Source of the DNA: an uncultured delta proteobacterium
GTDB taxonomy: Bacteria > Myxococcota_A > Polyangia > Fen-1088
Reading direction: 5' to 3'
Length of the DNA stretch: 64,000 nucleotides
Assembly (NCBI GenBank): GCA_963796685.1
Contig: CAWCMR010000013.1
Span: forward strand, 384,001-448,000
The notes under the pieces were generated by a model that saw only the letters and a program-made list of their open reading frames with translations, made no database searches and had not been told where the DNA came from. Below are positions 18,108 through 27,528 of this stretch, in pieces (position 1 is the stretch's first letter; every line of letters starts with the position of its first letter). A program made the position numbers and the translations under genes.

Positions 18108-18932
18108 CTACCCCCCCTGCGACCTGAAATACCCCACCAGGCTGTCGCCCAACTGACCCGCGGAAGCCTCGATGCAGTCCCGCCGGGCATTCTGTTTGTC
18201 CCTATCCCGTTTGCCTCCTTGAACTGCGGCGCCCGCGCTGGTCCAAAGAATCACGCTTCTGGACGGCCAGCGGGCTACCATCAGCTTGACCTCGCAGCTC
18301 GTCTCGAGCGACGACCCTGCATCGGTGTCCTGCAGCTTGAGCACGTTGCCATCCACGACGAACGCCGGTCTGCCACCCTTGCCCAGGTTCCTTTCCTCCG
18401 CACCCTCGACCACGACGACGTGCGGAAGCTTCTCGAGCGATTGCCGGAGCCCGCTTCGTAGCAGCCCAAGAAGGTTCGCATCTGCGGCTTTGCTTCCCCC
18501 GGTAAACGGACCAAACTTCAAGTAAACCTTTCGATCTCGGTTGTCCGTTTCGGCGGGCTTGGCCGACGCCCCGATGGTGGCCGCGGCCTTTTCGGCTTGG
18601 CTGCGCACGAAGGCATCCGATTCGCGCTGGAGCAACTTTTTGAGCGCGACCAAAGCGGTCTCGCCTCCCAGCTTGCCCAGCGATTGGGCGGCCATGGCGC
18701 GAACCGTCTTGCTTTCGTCCGATAAGGCCTTCACGAGCGGCTCGACACCGGTCTTGTCACCGAGCTTGCCAAGCAACAAAGCCGCTTGTGTTCGCACCTT
18801 GAAGCTGGAGTCGTTTTGCAGCGCACTCGCCAGGTCATCGACCTTGCTGCCCGCTTTTCCTGGGCTTGCGAGTAGGAAGGATACCGCCGCCAAGCCCACG
18901 GCCAGCGCGGGCGCAACCCGGCGAAACCTCAT
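18108..18932 (-). CDS. Secreted HEAT-repeat protein
   Basis: DSSFKVRTQAALLLGKLGD, DESKTVRAMAAQSLGKLG; ATGA overlap with the upstream kinase. Confidence 0.85.
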   Translation of the reverse strand: MRFRRVAPALAVGLAAVSFLLASPGKAGSKVDDLASALQNDSSFKVRTQAALLLGKLGDKTGVEPLVKALSDESKTVRAMAAQSLGKLGGETALVALKKLLQRESDAFVRSQAEKAAATIGASAKPAETDNRDRKVYLKFGPFTGGSKAADANLLGLLRSGLRQSLEKLPHVVVVEGAEERNLGKGGRPAFVVDGNVLKLQDTDAGSSLETSCEVKLMVARWPSRSVILWTSAGAAVQGGKRDRDKQNARRDCIEASAGQLGDSLVGYFRSQGG

Positions 18933-20116
18933 TCGGACGAGCGCTGCCCCCTGGACGACCAGTGCGATGGAAACTCGATCACGAAAGCGCTGCCTGTCGA
19001 CGGCGTGTCCTCCACCCAGATGGTGCCATGGTGAACCTCGACGATGACCTTGGCAAGCGCAAGCCCCACCCGGTGCGCGGCTCGTGCGGGCTTGTCCTTG
19101 AGATGGCCCTCGTACGGATCGAAGATGCTGTCCCTGGCCGCGGCTGGAATCAGGTGTTTGTCGCCGAGAACGTGCAGCCGCCCTATCCCTCCCTCGGAGG
19201 TGGCACGCAGGATACACTTGTGGTTCTCCGCCTGGCGCAGGACGAAGGTGGCGAGGTTGGTGACCGCCTCCCTGAGGTAGTTCGCGTCGCCATGGACGGG
19301 CAACGAATAGGATGCGTTCTCGACCACGATCTCTTTGCTCGAGGCCGACGCCATCGGTTCCAGATTCGAGGCCACCGAATGGCAAACGTCGGAAAGCAGA
19401 ACCTTTCCCTCCTTCAGCGCGACATCGCCAGCCTCGAAGCGCTCGAATTCGAGCACCGTGCGCAGGTTGCGAACCATCTCGCGGAAGGTGGCACGCGTGT
19501 CCCGCACGCACTCTTCGAGCTCTTCACGCGACTTCTTGTCGCGCGTGTCCGGTAGCTGCGCGATGTATTCGAAATTGGCCTGGATGGCGCCAAGGGAATT
19601 CTGGATGTCGTGAACCAGTCCGCGAACCCAGCGGCGCTTGTTGCAAATCGCGTTGCCCTGGGCTTCGCGCTTGCCGTCGAGCTTGCGGAAGATGGCTTGG
19701 GAACGAAGCAGCGCCCAGAGTCGCGCGCGACGCTCTTCCTTGCTCGTGGAGTGTGCAAACATGGCGTCCGCGCCAGCGGCCAGCGCATCCAATCTCAGGA
19801 GGTCGCTCTGCTTGCCGTGGGCACAAATGATCACGGGCAGAAAGTGCGTGCGGGTGTTGGCCTTGAGCCTCTCGCACAGATCCACCCCCCCGGCCTTGCT
19901 GATGCGCTCATCGATGAGGACGACATTGGGTCGGTGAAGCAACGCTTCTTCGAAGCCCAGATCGACAGCGTTGACCACTTGAACGTTGACACCTTCGGCG
20001 CGGAGAAAATCCACCAAAGGCCGCGCGCACTCTCGATCCGGTGCGACGATCAGGCCCTCGACAACTCCAGGTGCCGCAGCGACCACATCTCGGGTCGTCC
20101 GTTCATTGGGAAGCAT
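18929..20116 (-). CDS. Hybrid receiver-histidine kinase-like protein with a degenerate ATPase domain
   Basis: Receiver VVLIDE; H-box VHDIQNSLGAI; GLALAKVIVEVHHGTIWVE. Confidence 0.85.
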   Translation of the reverse strand: MLPNERTTRDVVAAAPGVVEGLIVAPDRECARPLVDFLRAEGVNVQVVNAVDLGFEEALLHRPNVVLIDERISKAGGVDLCERLKANTRTHFLPVIICAHGKQSDLLRLDALAAGADAMFAHSTSKEERRARLWALLRSQAIFRKLDGKREAQGNAICNKRRWVRGLVHDIQNSLGAIQANFEYIAQLPDTRDKKSREELEECVRDTRATFREMVRNLRTVLEFERFEAGDVALKEGKVLLSDVCHSVASNLEPMASASSKEIVVENASYSLPVHGDANYLREAVTNLATFVLRQAENHKCILRATSEGGIGRLHVLGDKHLIPAAARDSIFDPYEGHLKDKPARAAHRVGLALAKVIVEVHHGTIWVEDTPSTGSAFVIEFPSHWSSRGQRSSE

Positions 20117-20287
20117 TCGCCGCGCAAGTCCTCGCAAAGTCACCGTAACAGAGCTGCGGGAAGGATTCAATCGGGTTCGACTGCAAGCGCCACGACAATC
20201 GACGCGGCCGGATCGTCTGGCAAGCAACAGATGGAGGTAAATGTAGGTAATTTGACCTCATTGATTCACATGTATTACTTTGTAGGC

Positions 20288-20680
20288 ATGTCAAAAAGCC
20301 TCTCGCAAGCCAGCGCGGTGATGTCCAGTCCCGAAAAACGCCAGCACCTCCGCTTTGACAAGGTCTTTCCCGTTCGAGTGGAATCGGTCCTGTTCGGCGA
20401 GCTACCAGGCGTGGCCAGAAACGTCTCGGCCGGTGGGATCTTCATCGAGATGCGCGATCCCCTGCCCTTGGGCGCGCGCGTTCGCATTTCCTTCCTCAAT
20501 CCCGAAGAGACCGCCGAGATCGTGGCGCTCGGCGAGGTCAAGAACCACTACTTCGTGAACTACGTTCAAAGCGGCGCCACCCGGTCGATCTCGGGGATGG
20601 CCGTCCGGTTCGAAGGCTTCGAAAACGAAAGCCAGCAGATCTTGAGCGACTGCCTGAATCGCTTTCGCGTTCTCAACTGA
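20288..20680 (+). CDS. PilZ-domain protein
   Basis: EKRQHLR (RxxxR) and NVSAGG motifs. Confidence 0.88.
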   Translation: MSKSLSQASAVMSSPEKRQHLRFDKVFPVRVESVLFGELPGVARNVSAGGIFIEMRDPLPLGARVRISFLNPEETAEIVALGEVKNHYFVNYVQSGATRSISGMAVRFEGFENESQQILSDCLNRFRVLN

Positions 20681-20691
20681 TCGCCCGGTCC

Positions 20692-22191
20692 TCATTCGAG
20701 AACGCGCGGACGAACCGTGATCGACTCCTTGAGCGGCACGGTGACATCGGCGTCGATGGGGATTTCAACCTCGCTCGGTCCCTTGACGATAGCCAGCGTT
20801 CTGGCTCCGTCGCGAATGCTGATTTCGTAGCGCCCGGGCAGAATCCCGGCAAGCGCGAACTTGCCATCCTTTTCGTCCAGAGCCGCCACCGCAGGCCTGG
20901 GAAAAGCCAAAGGCGAAGAACGGCTGATGAGCAGCACCCTGGCATCGGAAGAAATGTGAAAACCCGCCTCCGGCAAGACATTGCCCGTGACCCGCGATCC
21001 CTTCTTCTTCAGCGAAAGCTCGACCTCCACCTCTCCGCCTTCGCTGAGCTCGATCTTCTCCGGCGGATAGGCCAGCATGTCGCCCTTGCGCGCCCACAGG
21101 TAGTAGGTGCCTGGCACGAATCGGTCTTGCGCAAATGTCCCCGCGCTGTCGCTGGTCCAGAAGATGGGGGTCGTCGGCATGCCGGGAACGTCCGAGAGCA
21201 AGGCCGCCACGGTGGCATTGGCTTCCGGGTCTCCACTCTTGTCGCGCACGACCCCGCGAATGACCGTCGCGCGGTCCAGCTTGATGGAGGTGCGCGCGCC
21301 GGAGCCGGCCTGGACTGCCTTCATCACGATGGGGCGCCAGCCGAACTTGGTGACGCGCAGAAAATACCGACGCGCCTCCAGCCCTCCCAGGATGAAGGTG
21401 CCGTCCTCACCACTTCGGGCGCTGCTGCTCGCGATGCCGTCTTCCGCGGTGCGCAGCGCCGACACTTCGGCGCCGGCCACTGGCGTAGGCGTGGGCGAAT
21501 TGGCGAGGATGCGGCCCTTGATGACCGACTCTGGCCCCAGCCGGAAAACCTTCGGTTGGCCGCCCGCCATGGGAGCCAGCTTCTCCGCAGGGAAGCGCTC
21601 GACGATCTCGCTGGCCAGGCCGGGACGGCTGAACCGCAGCGAATAGCTCCAGGGCCCGGGCCGTAGACGGACACGAAAGGTCCCATCCTTGGACGAAACT
21701 TCTTGATCGAGTGCGGTGAGCTGGGTGCCACGCGAAACCCACACGTCGATGTGGGCGCCCTCGATGCGGCGCCCGCTATCGTCGATCAGCCGGCCCGTCA
21801 CGGGGATCTCCGGTCGATCAGCAGTGTCACGGTTGAATGCCGCGCGCTGGAATTCCAGCTCGGAACCGAACAGACAGCGAGGCTTGGACGACCAGGGCAG
21901 TGCGCATTCCGGCGCGAGCGTCGTGCAGAATTCGACGCAGTTGTCCTCGTTCTTGGGGTCGCAGATGATGGGGCGCGACTGGTCGGCATCGAGGAACGGC
22001 GCTGCCGAAACGTCCCTGCCCGTGCAGTAGACGCACCCCTCCTGCTGCTCGATGCAGAGCGCCTCGCGCAGCACGGGCGCGGCGTTGTTCGAAGGTTGGT
22101 TGCTCTTGGCTCCGGCGGAACGCTTGCAGGCTCCAGCCGCGACGAGGGGCAGGAGCGCAACAGCGAACCGAATGGCCAAGGATCGGAGCAA
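20692..22191 (-). CDS. Lipoprotein with Cys-rich N-terminus and carboxypeptidase-regulatory-like repeats
   Basis: VAAGAC lipobox; repeated GRLIDDSGRRIEGA / GVVRDKSGDPEANA units; TTG start with GAGG RBS inferred. Confidence 0.8.
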   Translation of the reverse strand: MLRSLAIRFAVALLPLVAAGACKRSAGAKSNQPSNNAAPVLREALCIEQQEGCVYCTGRDVSAAPFLDADQSRPIICDPKNEDNCVEFCTTLAPECALPWSSKPRCLFGSELEFQRAAFNRDTADRPEIPVTGRLIDDSGRRIEGAHIDVWVSRGTQLTALDQEVSSKDGTFRVRLRPGPWSYSLRFSRPGLASEIVERFPAEKLAPMAGGQPKVFRLGPESVIKGRILANSPTPTPVAGAEVSALRTAEDGIASSSARSGEDGTFILGGLEARRYFLRVTKFGWRPIVMKAVQAGSGARTSIKLDRATVIRGVVRDKSGDPEANATVAALLSDVPGMPTTPIFWTSDSAGTFAQDRFVPGTYYLWARKGDMLAYPPEKIELSEGGEVEVELSLKKKGSRVTGNVLPEAGFHISSDARVLLISRSSPLAFPRPAVAALDEKDGKFALAGILPGRYEISIRDGARTLAIVKGPSEVEIPIDADVTVPLKESITVRPRVLE

Positions 22192-22311
22192 GTGGTTACC
22201 TCGGGGAGGAGTATAGGACAGGCATCGTGTGGCATGGGCCAAGATTGCGGCTGCCTTTGCGCTGAAAAGATCGGTTGCAAGCGCCATCCCCGACAAGCCA
22301 TCCTGACCTGC

Positions 22312-22926
22312 GTGCGGGGAAAATTTCTGGTGCTCGAAGGTATCGACGGATCTGGGACCACCACCCAGCTGGACAGGGCGGTCGCCCACATCGTCAGCTT
22401 GGGCCATCCGGCCGTGGCTACGCGCGAGCCGAGCTCCGGCCCCGTCGGCCGGCTCTTGCGTGAAGCCCTACTCGGACAGCACCGGATGGCGGATGGCTCG
22501 GCGATGGATGGCCGAAGCATGGCCTTGCTCTTTGCGGCAGACCGAATCGACCATTTGAAACGCGAGATCGAACCCCACCTGGCCTCGGGCACAACGGTGA
22601 TCTCGGATCGCTACCTGCTCTCTTCGCTGGCCTACCAGGCCGAAGAGGCCGACCGCGACTGGGTGATGCGTTTGGCCCGTGGAATCCTGCGCCCGGATTT
22701 GACCATCTTGCTCGACCTGCCTATCGAAGTCGCGGCCCGGCGGCGCGAGGCTGCCGGCCGACCGATCGAGCGCTACGACGCCGACTCCTACCTGGCCAGG
22801 GTCGCGGCCAACTATCGTGATCTCGCCCGTCAGGATCCCGCGGTCGTGACGCTTGACGCCACGGCAAGCAAGGACGATGTCACCGCGGCGCTGTGCAGGG
22901 CCATTGCGCCGCTTTTCGCGCCGTAG
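22312..22926 (+). CDS. tmk: Thymidylate kinase
   Basis: FLVLEGIDGSGTTTQ; TREP; LLFAADR; ISDRY..SSLAYQ; PDLTILLD. Confidence 0.95.
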   Translation: MRGKFLVLEGIDGSGTTTQLDRAVAHIVSLGHPAVATREPSSGPVGRLLREALLGQHRMADGSAMDGRSMALLFAADRIDHLKREIEPHLASGTTVISDRYLLSSLAYQAEEADRDWVMRLARGILRPDLTILLDLPIEVAARRREAAGRPIERYDADSYLARVAANYRDLARQDPAVVTLDATASKDDVTAALCRAIAPLFAP

Positions 22927-22972
22927 CTCGCCCTTGTTCGCGCCCACCCGCCGGGCATGAGACAATCCGTCC

Positions 22973-23524
22973 ATGGAGCGTATTAGGCAGCGTCCCTGGA
23001 CCACCCTTGCGGCAGCGAACCTTTCCCTGGTCTTTTGTGCTTGCGCCACCGGCGTGGCGCAAGCACCTGGCCTCGAGCCGGCGGCTCTCCCTGACGTGCC
23101 CGCAGCGCCGTCGGATTCTCCGCCTCCGCCGGCACCACCGCTAACGTCGCCCAAGGTCGACGCAGCACCGTCCCGGCCGTGTACCATGTTCGCAAAGCCC
23201 GGTGTGTTGCGGCGGGCGGCCCTGATCCATCTGGTCGACGCTGGCCTGCCTCGCTGGATGCAAGGGGTCGAGGGCGACCGCATGCTTGCCAACCATCGTT
23301 TCCAAGGTTGGCTCATCAAGAGCCTCTATCCCGGCGACCGCTGTTACCGGGAAATCGACCTGCACAGCGGCGATATCGTGCAAAAGGTGAACGGAAAATC
23401 CATCGAGAAGCCCGAGCAGGCCTTCGACGTTGCCGAATCCCTCCGCACTGCGCCGGCCATTGTGGTGGACTTCTTGCGGGCGGGGAAAGCCCAACGTATC
23501 ACGCTCGCCATCAGCGACGAGTAG
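22973..23524 (+). CDS. PDZ-domain (GspC C-terminal-like) lipoprotein
   Basis: FQGWLI...DLHSGDIVQKVNGKSIEKPEQA. Confidence 0.75.
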   Translation: MERIRQRPWTTLAAANLSLVFCACATGVAQAPGLEPAALPDVPAAPSDSPPPPAPPLTSPKVDAAPSRPCTMFAKPGVLRRAALIHLVDAGLPRWMQGVEGDRMLANHRFQGWLIKSLYPGDRCYREIDLHSGDIVQKVNGKSIEKPEQAFDVAESLRTAPAIVVDFLRAGKAQRITLAISDE

Positions 23525-23538
23525 GGTTCCTAGTCTAG

Positions 23539-25671
23539 CTAGCGCTTGTGCTTGGCCGCCGGGTGTCTGACGGGCCCCTTCCTTTTCGCGACCACTCTCT
23601 TTGCCTGAGCGGGGGTGGGCTTGGTTTCGCCGGTCGCACCACCAAGTCCGGCTTTGGTGGCGCCGCCGGCAGTACCAAGCCCGGGAGCGGCCGTCTTTCC
23701 CGACGGCGGGGAAGTGGGAAGGACGGCTGGGCCGGGTGCGACGCTTGAATCGGGGGAACCCTGCCCCAACCCGCCCGCCAAGGGCTCGCGTGTTGGCGGG
23801 GGCTTTGTCGCCGCCATCTGACTGGTAGACGTCGAGGTGGGGCTGAACGACGTGTTCTTGCCCTTCCCCTTCACCATCATGACGATGACCACAACCAAAG
23901 CCAGGACCACAACCGCGGCGATGATCAGGATAAGCGTGCGCCGACCGCCGCTGATCTCCCCGACCATTTCACGCTCGTTGATCTTCTCGCCTGGAACCTC
24001 GGGACCCATTGCCGGGACCGAGGTGGACGTACCCCCCGTGCGCAAGGAGAACTTCTTGCGATCCTCGACGGTCACCGAGCCATCGTCGACGTACCGGTCT
24101 TCGAGCGGCCTTGCGTCCTCGGCCGCGATGGGGCCTTCCGCGACAGGTTTGCCGGTAGACTGCATCTTGGCCTTGGCCTCGGCCACCATCTGCTCGACAT
24201 CGCCCTGTTTGAACCACAGGGTTTCACGGAAGGCCGCACCACTCTTGGGGGGTGCGCCTTTTCCTGCTTCGCCAGGTACGACGCCGACCGGCTGGGCTGG
24301 CGCCGGCTGGGCGGATCTGGCAAACGCCGGCTGGACAGGCGCCGGTGTGGCCGCGGGGACCATCGTTGCCTGCGCCGGGAGGTGTGCGCGCGGAAGCGGG
24401 GCCGGGGTGGGCGCATACGGCGCCGGGGTCGGAGCGGATGCCTTCCCGAATGTCTGCGCCTGGGGTCCCGGCATGGCGGCCTGGGCAGCGACGGTGGGCG
24501 CGACATGAGGCGCCGGGCGCGTGGCCAAGGGCTGCGCGTAGGGTGTCGCCTGAGGAGCCACGGCTCCGACGGTGATCGTCTGCCCAATTTCCATCGGCCG
24601 GGGCTGTGGGGCGCCGGGCGCGGTCGGCGCCGATGAGGGCATGGGCTCGCCGGCCAAGGCCTTGGCCGCTCTGGCTTCGGCCACCATCCTGGCGATGTCG
24701 GCCTGGTTTCCGCCGAACATCATGGTCTTGGCAAGACCGACTTCCCCGGCGGGCTTGGCCGCGCCCACAGCTTGCGCCTTGAGCGCTTCGAGCTCGTTCA
24801 GGAAAAGACGCAAGGTGAGGTGGCGCCGGCTGGAGCTCTTGTCGAGCGCTTTGAGCACGAGCTTGTCGGCGTCGGGTGGCAAGTTTGCGCCAGGCCGCCG
24901 CTGCGTGGGCGGCAAGACCGGCGTGGACACCTGCATATCGAGCACCGCCTGCACGCTGGCCCCCTGGAAGGGCGGCTCACCGGTAAGCAGGTGGTAGAAA
25001 ATGGCAGCCAGGCTGTAGGTGTTCGAACGCTGATCGACCGGCTTGCCTTGCACCTGCTCGGGCGAGAGGTAGGCAGCGACGCCTGAAACCTTCTCGTTGA
25101 TGGGTACGGCGAGGGGAAAGTTGATGACCTTCACCTCTCCCGACGCGGACACCAGAATGTTCTTCGGGGCCACATCGCGGTGGACCAAGCCCACTTTCTG
25201 GGCCTCCAGCAAGGCCTGTCCGACCTGCGCCACGATGGATTTCGCTTGCTGGAAGTCCACCGGCCCGGCCGCGAGGATGCGTTCGAGCGAATCGCCCTGG
25301 CAAAGCTCCGTCGCAATGGCGAGACCGCCGATGGGCGTCTTCTCGCAGTCGAGGACGGTGGCGACCTTGGGGCTGCTCACCCGCATGAGCTGTCTGAATT
25401 CTCGCTCCATCCTCGCCAGCGTGGCAGGCGTGGAAACGACCCCAGGCAGGACGCTTTTGTACGCAACTTCTTGGCCGGTCTGGCTGTCGAGCGCGCGCCA
25501 CACCTCGCCTGTCCTTCCGCCACCGATCTTCTCGATGGGCTGGAAACGGCCCGCCGCGTGGGTGGCCATCGGTTGGAGACGTTGTGGTCCCTCGGCAGTC
25601 GCACAGGTCTCCTGCGGGCAGAAGTTTGCGTCCTCGGGGTACTGCGTTTTACAAATTGGGCAGAATTTCAT
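23539..25671 (-). CDS. Membrane Ser/Thr kinase-like protein, probable pseudokinase
   Basis: Cys-rich N-terminus, IGGGRTGEVW, HRDVAPKN, INFP in place of DFG, YLSPEQ; Pro/Ala linker; C-terminal TM. Confidence 0.88.
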   Translation of the reverse strand: MKFCPICKTQYPEDANFCPQETCATAEGPQRLQPMATHAAGRFQPIEKIGGGRTGEVWRALDSQTGQEVAYKSVLPGVVSTPATLARMEREFRQLMRVSSPKVATVLDCEKTPIGGLAIATELCQGDSLERILAAGPVDFQQAKSIVAQVGQALLEAQKVGLVHRDVAPKNILVSASGEVKVINFPLAVPINEKVSGVAAYLSPEQVQGKPVDQRSNTYSLAAIFYHLLTGEPPFQGASVQAVLDMQVSTPVLPPTQRRPGANLPPDADKLVLKALDKSSSRRHLTLRLFLNELEALKAQAVGAAKPAGEVGLAKTMMFGGNQADIARMVAEARAAKALAGEPMPSSAPTAPGAPQPRPMEIGQTITVGAVAPQATPYAQPLATRPAPHVAPTVAAQAAMPGPQAQTFGKASAPTPAPYAPTPAPLPRAHLPAQATMVPAATPAPVQPAFARSAQPAPAQPVGVVPGEAGKGAPPKSGAAFRETLWFKQGDVEQMVAEAKAKMQSTGKPVAEGPIAAEDARPLEDRYVDDGSVTVEDRKKFSLRTGGTSTSVPAMGPEVPGEKINEREMVGEISGGRRTLILIIAAVVVLALVVVIVMMVKGKGKNTSFSPTSTSTSQMAATKPPPTREPLAGGLGQGSPDSSVAPGPAVLPTSPPSGKTAAPGLGTAGGATKAGLGGATGETKPTPAQAKRVVAKRKGPVRHPAAKHKR

Positions 25672-25828
25672 CCGGTACCTGGAGGTGGTGTCACTCCGAC
25701 CGCGCGGAATACCCGTTGCGGGAGCGAAGTCCGGCGATCTTAGGGCAGAGCCCCTCCCAAGATCAACATTCGTGCCGCCGAGAGGTGAGAAACATCTCAG
25801 TCAGAGCCGCAACGCGGCAGTGCCAGGG

Positions 25829-25996
25829 CTACTTGGTTGCGCTCTTGGGCGCCGCTTTTCCAGGTTCGCCAAGCCCGGCGAAGAGCTCCGTCTCGGACAA
25901 CGTCGAGTGGCGGCTTTCCTTGCTCTTGCGCTTATGCCCGGCATTGCCGTGCCGGCGCGTACGCTTCTTCCAGGTCTGGCGAGAATTCGATGCCAT
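25829..25996 (-). CDS. Small basic protein (55 aa), below the ORF-track cut-off
   Basis: MASNSRQTWKKRTRRHGNAGHKRKSKESRHSTLSETELFAGLGEPGKAAPKSATK; fills the intergenic gap. Confidence 0.6.
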   Translation of the reverse strand: MASNSRQTWKKRTRRHGNAGHKRKSKESRHSTLSETELFAGLGEPGKAAPKSATK

Positions 25997-26038
25997 GGTC
26001 GGGTTCAACTAGCAGAGGTGGGGGGCCAGGTCAAACCC

Positions 26039-26242
26039 TAATCCCGCGATAGCCGCCGAAGGTCGTGGTCGTGGCCGTGGTCGTGGCCGGTTGTAATTGC
26101 CGTCTCGGCCACGGCCACGGCCACGGTAAGCCGTCTACATCCACGACCGACCGTCATCGCTCCGATTGGGTGCGCGGATCCGTCGTGGAAAGGCGTCTCT
26201 TTCTGGCCCTTCCGCGCTGCCGCTCTTCTTGTCGCGGGATTA
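26039..26242. repeat. MITE-like repeat, copy 1
   Basis: Perfect 11-bp terminal inverted repeat TAATCCCGCGA...TCGCGGGATTA; internal GTGGYC / GGCCAC hexamer hairpin. Confidence 0.75.
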
Positions 26243-26379
26243 CGGTCAAATGAGAACGCCGGCCTGGGTACGTTCTCGCTGATCTGGAAGCATCGCGAGA
26301 CGCTCCGTCGATGAGCCAGAGGGATCTGGCGGCCAACGACATTTCCACCTCACAAGAGTGTATGCAAGAATAGGGCAAC

Positions 26380-27528
26380 ATGCTCCAACACCTGAAGATC
26401 GAGGGCTACAAATCGGTGGCCAGCCTGGATTTGGATCTCGGCCCCCTGAACGTGCTCGTCGGCGCGAACGGCACGGGGAAGTCCAATATCCTGTCAGTTT
26501 TCGGGCTGCTGAATCACCTCGAGGATGAGGAAGGGCTTGCCAACTACGTCCAAGTCCAAGGCGGCGCCAGCTCGCTCCTCCACCTCGGCCCCAAGAAGAC
26601 GGTCCGAATGTCGTTCGAGATCATCTTCGAGACAGAAGACGAGTCCTCCGTCGAGGCGAAGCAAGGACGGAATTTTTACCATGCGGCCTTCACGTACGGT
26701 GCGCGGGATTTCTTGGTCTTTGGCGAGGAGAAGGTTGGGTACGAGCCCGCGGATCGGTCTCTCCCAGCCGAGTGGTTTCTTACCTCTGCCCGGAACAGGT
26801 CGCGGCTGGCTGACGTGGTTGCTCACGTCGGGCCAGGGGGACCGATCGAAGAATTCATCAAAGGCCATCTCCGCCGCTGCCGTCTCTACCATTTCCATGA
26901 CACATCTCGCGAGGCAGCAGTCCGGCGACTCGCGGATCTACACGCCGAGCGCGACCTCGACGAGGATGCAGGCAACCTCGCTCCCTTCCTGCTCATGCTG
27001 CGCCAGAGTCATCCGCGGCGTTTTCAAGAGATCGTCGAAATCGTTCGCCTCGCGTTCCCGCCTTTCAGGGATCTCGTTCTCGATCCGTCCCGGTCGGATC
27101 CAGGAAAGATCATGCTGCGATGGCGCGAGCGGGCCAGCGACTACGAGTTCGGCCCCCATCAAATGTCGGACGGAACCCTACGCTTCCTGTGCCTGGCTAC
27201 GCTGCTACTCCAGCCCTTCGAAGATGTCAACGCACCCAAGCTTGTCGCTTTGGATGAACCCGAGCTGGGTCTGCACCCCCATGCGATTCAGTTGCTTGCC
27301 TCGATGTTGGCACGAGCCGCGCGAACCGTTCAAATCATCGTTTCGACCCAGGCGGCTTCCCTGGTGTCGGCGCTGGCGGATCCGGCCGCCATCGTCGTGG
27401 TCGAGCGCGAAGATGCCGGCACCACGGCACGCCGGCTGACAGCCGAAGAGGTCGACCCCTGGCTCGACGAGTATTCCCTCGGCGACATCTGGGAGAAGGG
27501 TGTGTTTGGAGGAAGGCCGAGGCCGTGA
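26380..27528 (+). CDS. ABC/AAA_21-type ATPase
   Basis: LKIEGYKS; Walker A GANGTGKS; signature MSDGT; Walker B LDEPELGLHP. Confidence 0.92.
   Translation: MLQHLKIEGYKSVASLDLDLGPLNVLVGANGTGKSNILSVFGLLNHLEDEEGLANYVQVQGGASSLLHLGPKKTVRMSFEIIFETEDESSVEAKQGRNFYHAAFTYGARDFLVFGEEKVGYEPADRSLPAEWFLTSARNRSRLADVVAHVGPGGPIEEFIKGHLRRCRLYHFHDTSREAAVRRLADLHAERDLDEDAGNLAPFLLMLRQSHPRRFQEIVEIVRLAFPPFRDLVLDPSRSDPGKIMLRWRERASDYEFGPHQMSDGTLRFLCLATLLLQPFEDVNAPKLVALDEPELGLHPHAIQLLASMLARAARTVQIIVSTQAASLVSALADPAAIVVVEREDAGTTARRLTAEEVDPWLDEYSLGDIWEKGVFGGRPRP

Noticed and set aside
26061-26126. Hexamer repeats read as a CRISPR or as VAVVV/GHGHG peptide ORFs
   Set aside because: They form an inverted hairpin inside the MITE-like repeat, and the ORFs differ between the two copies.
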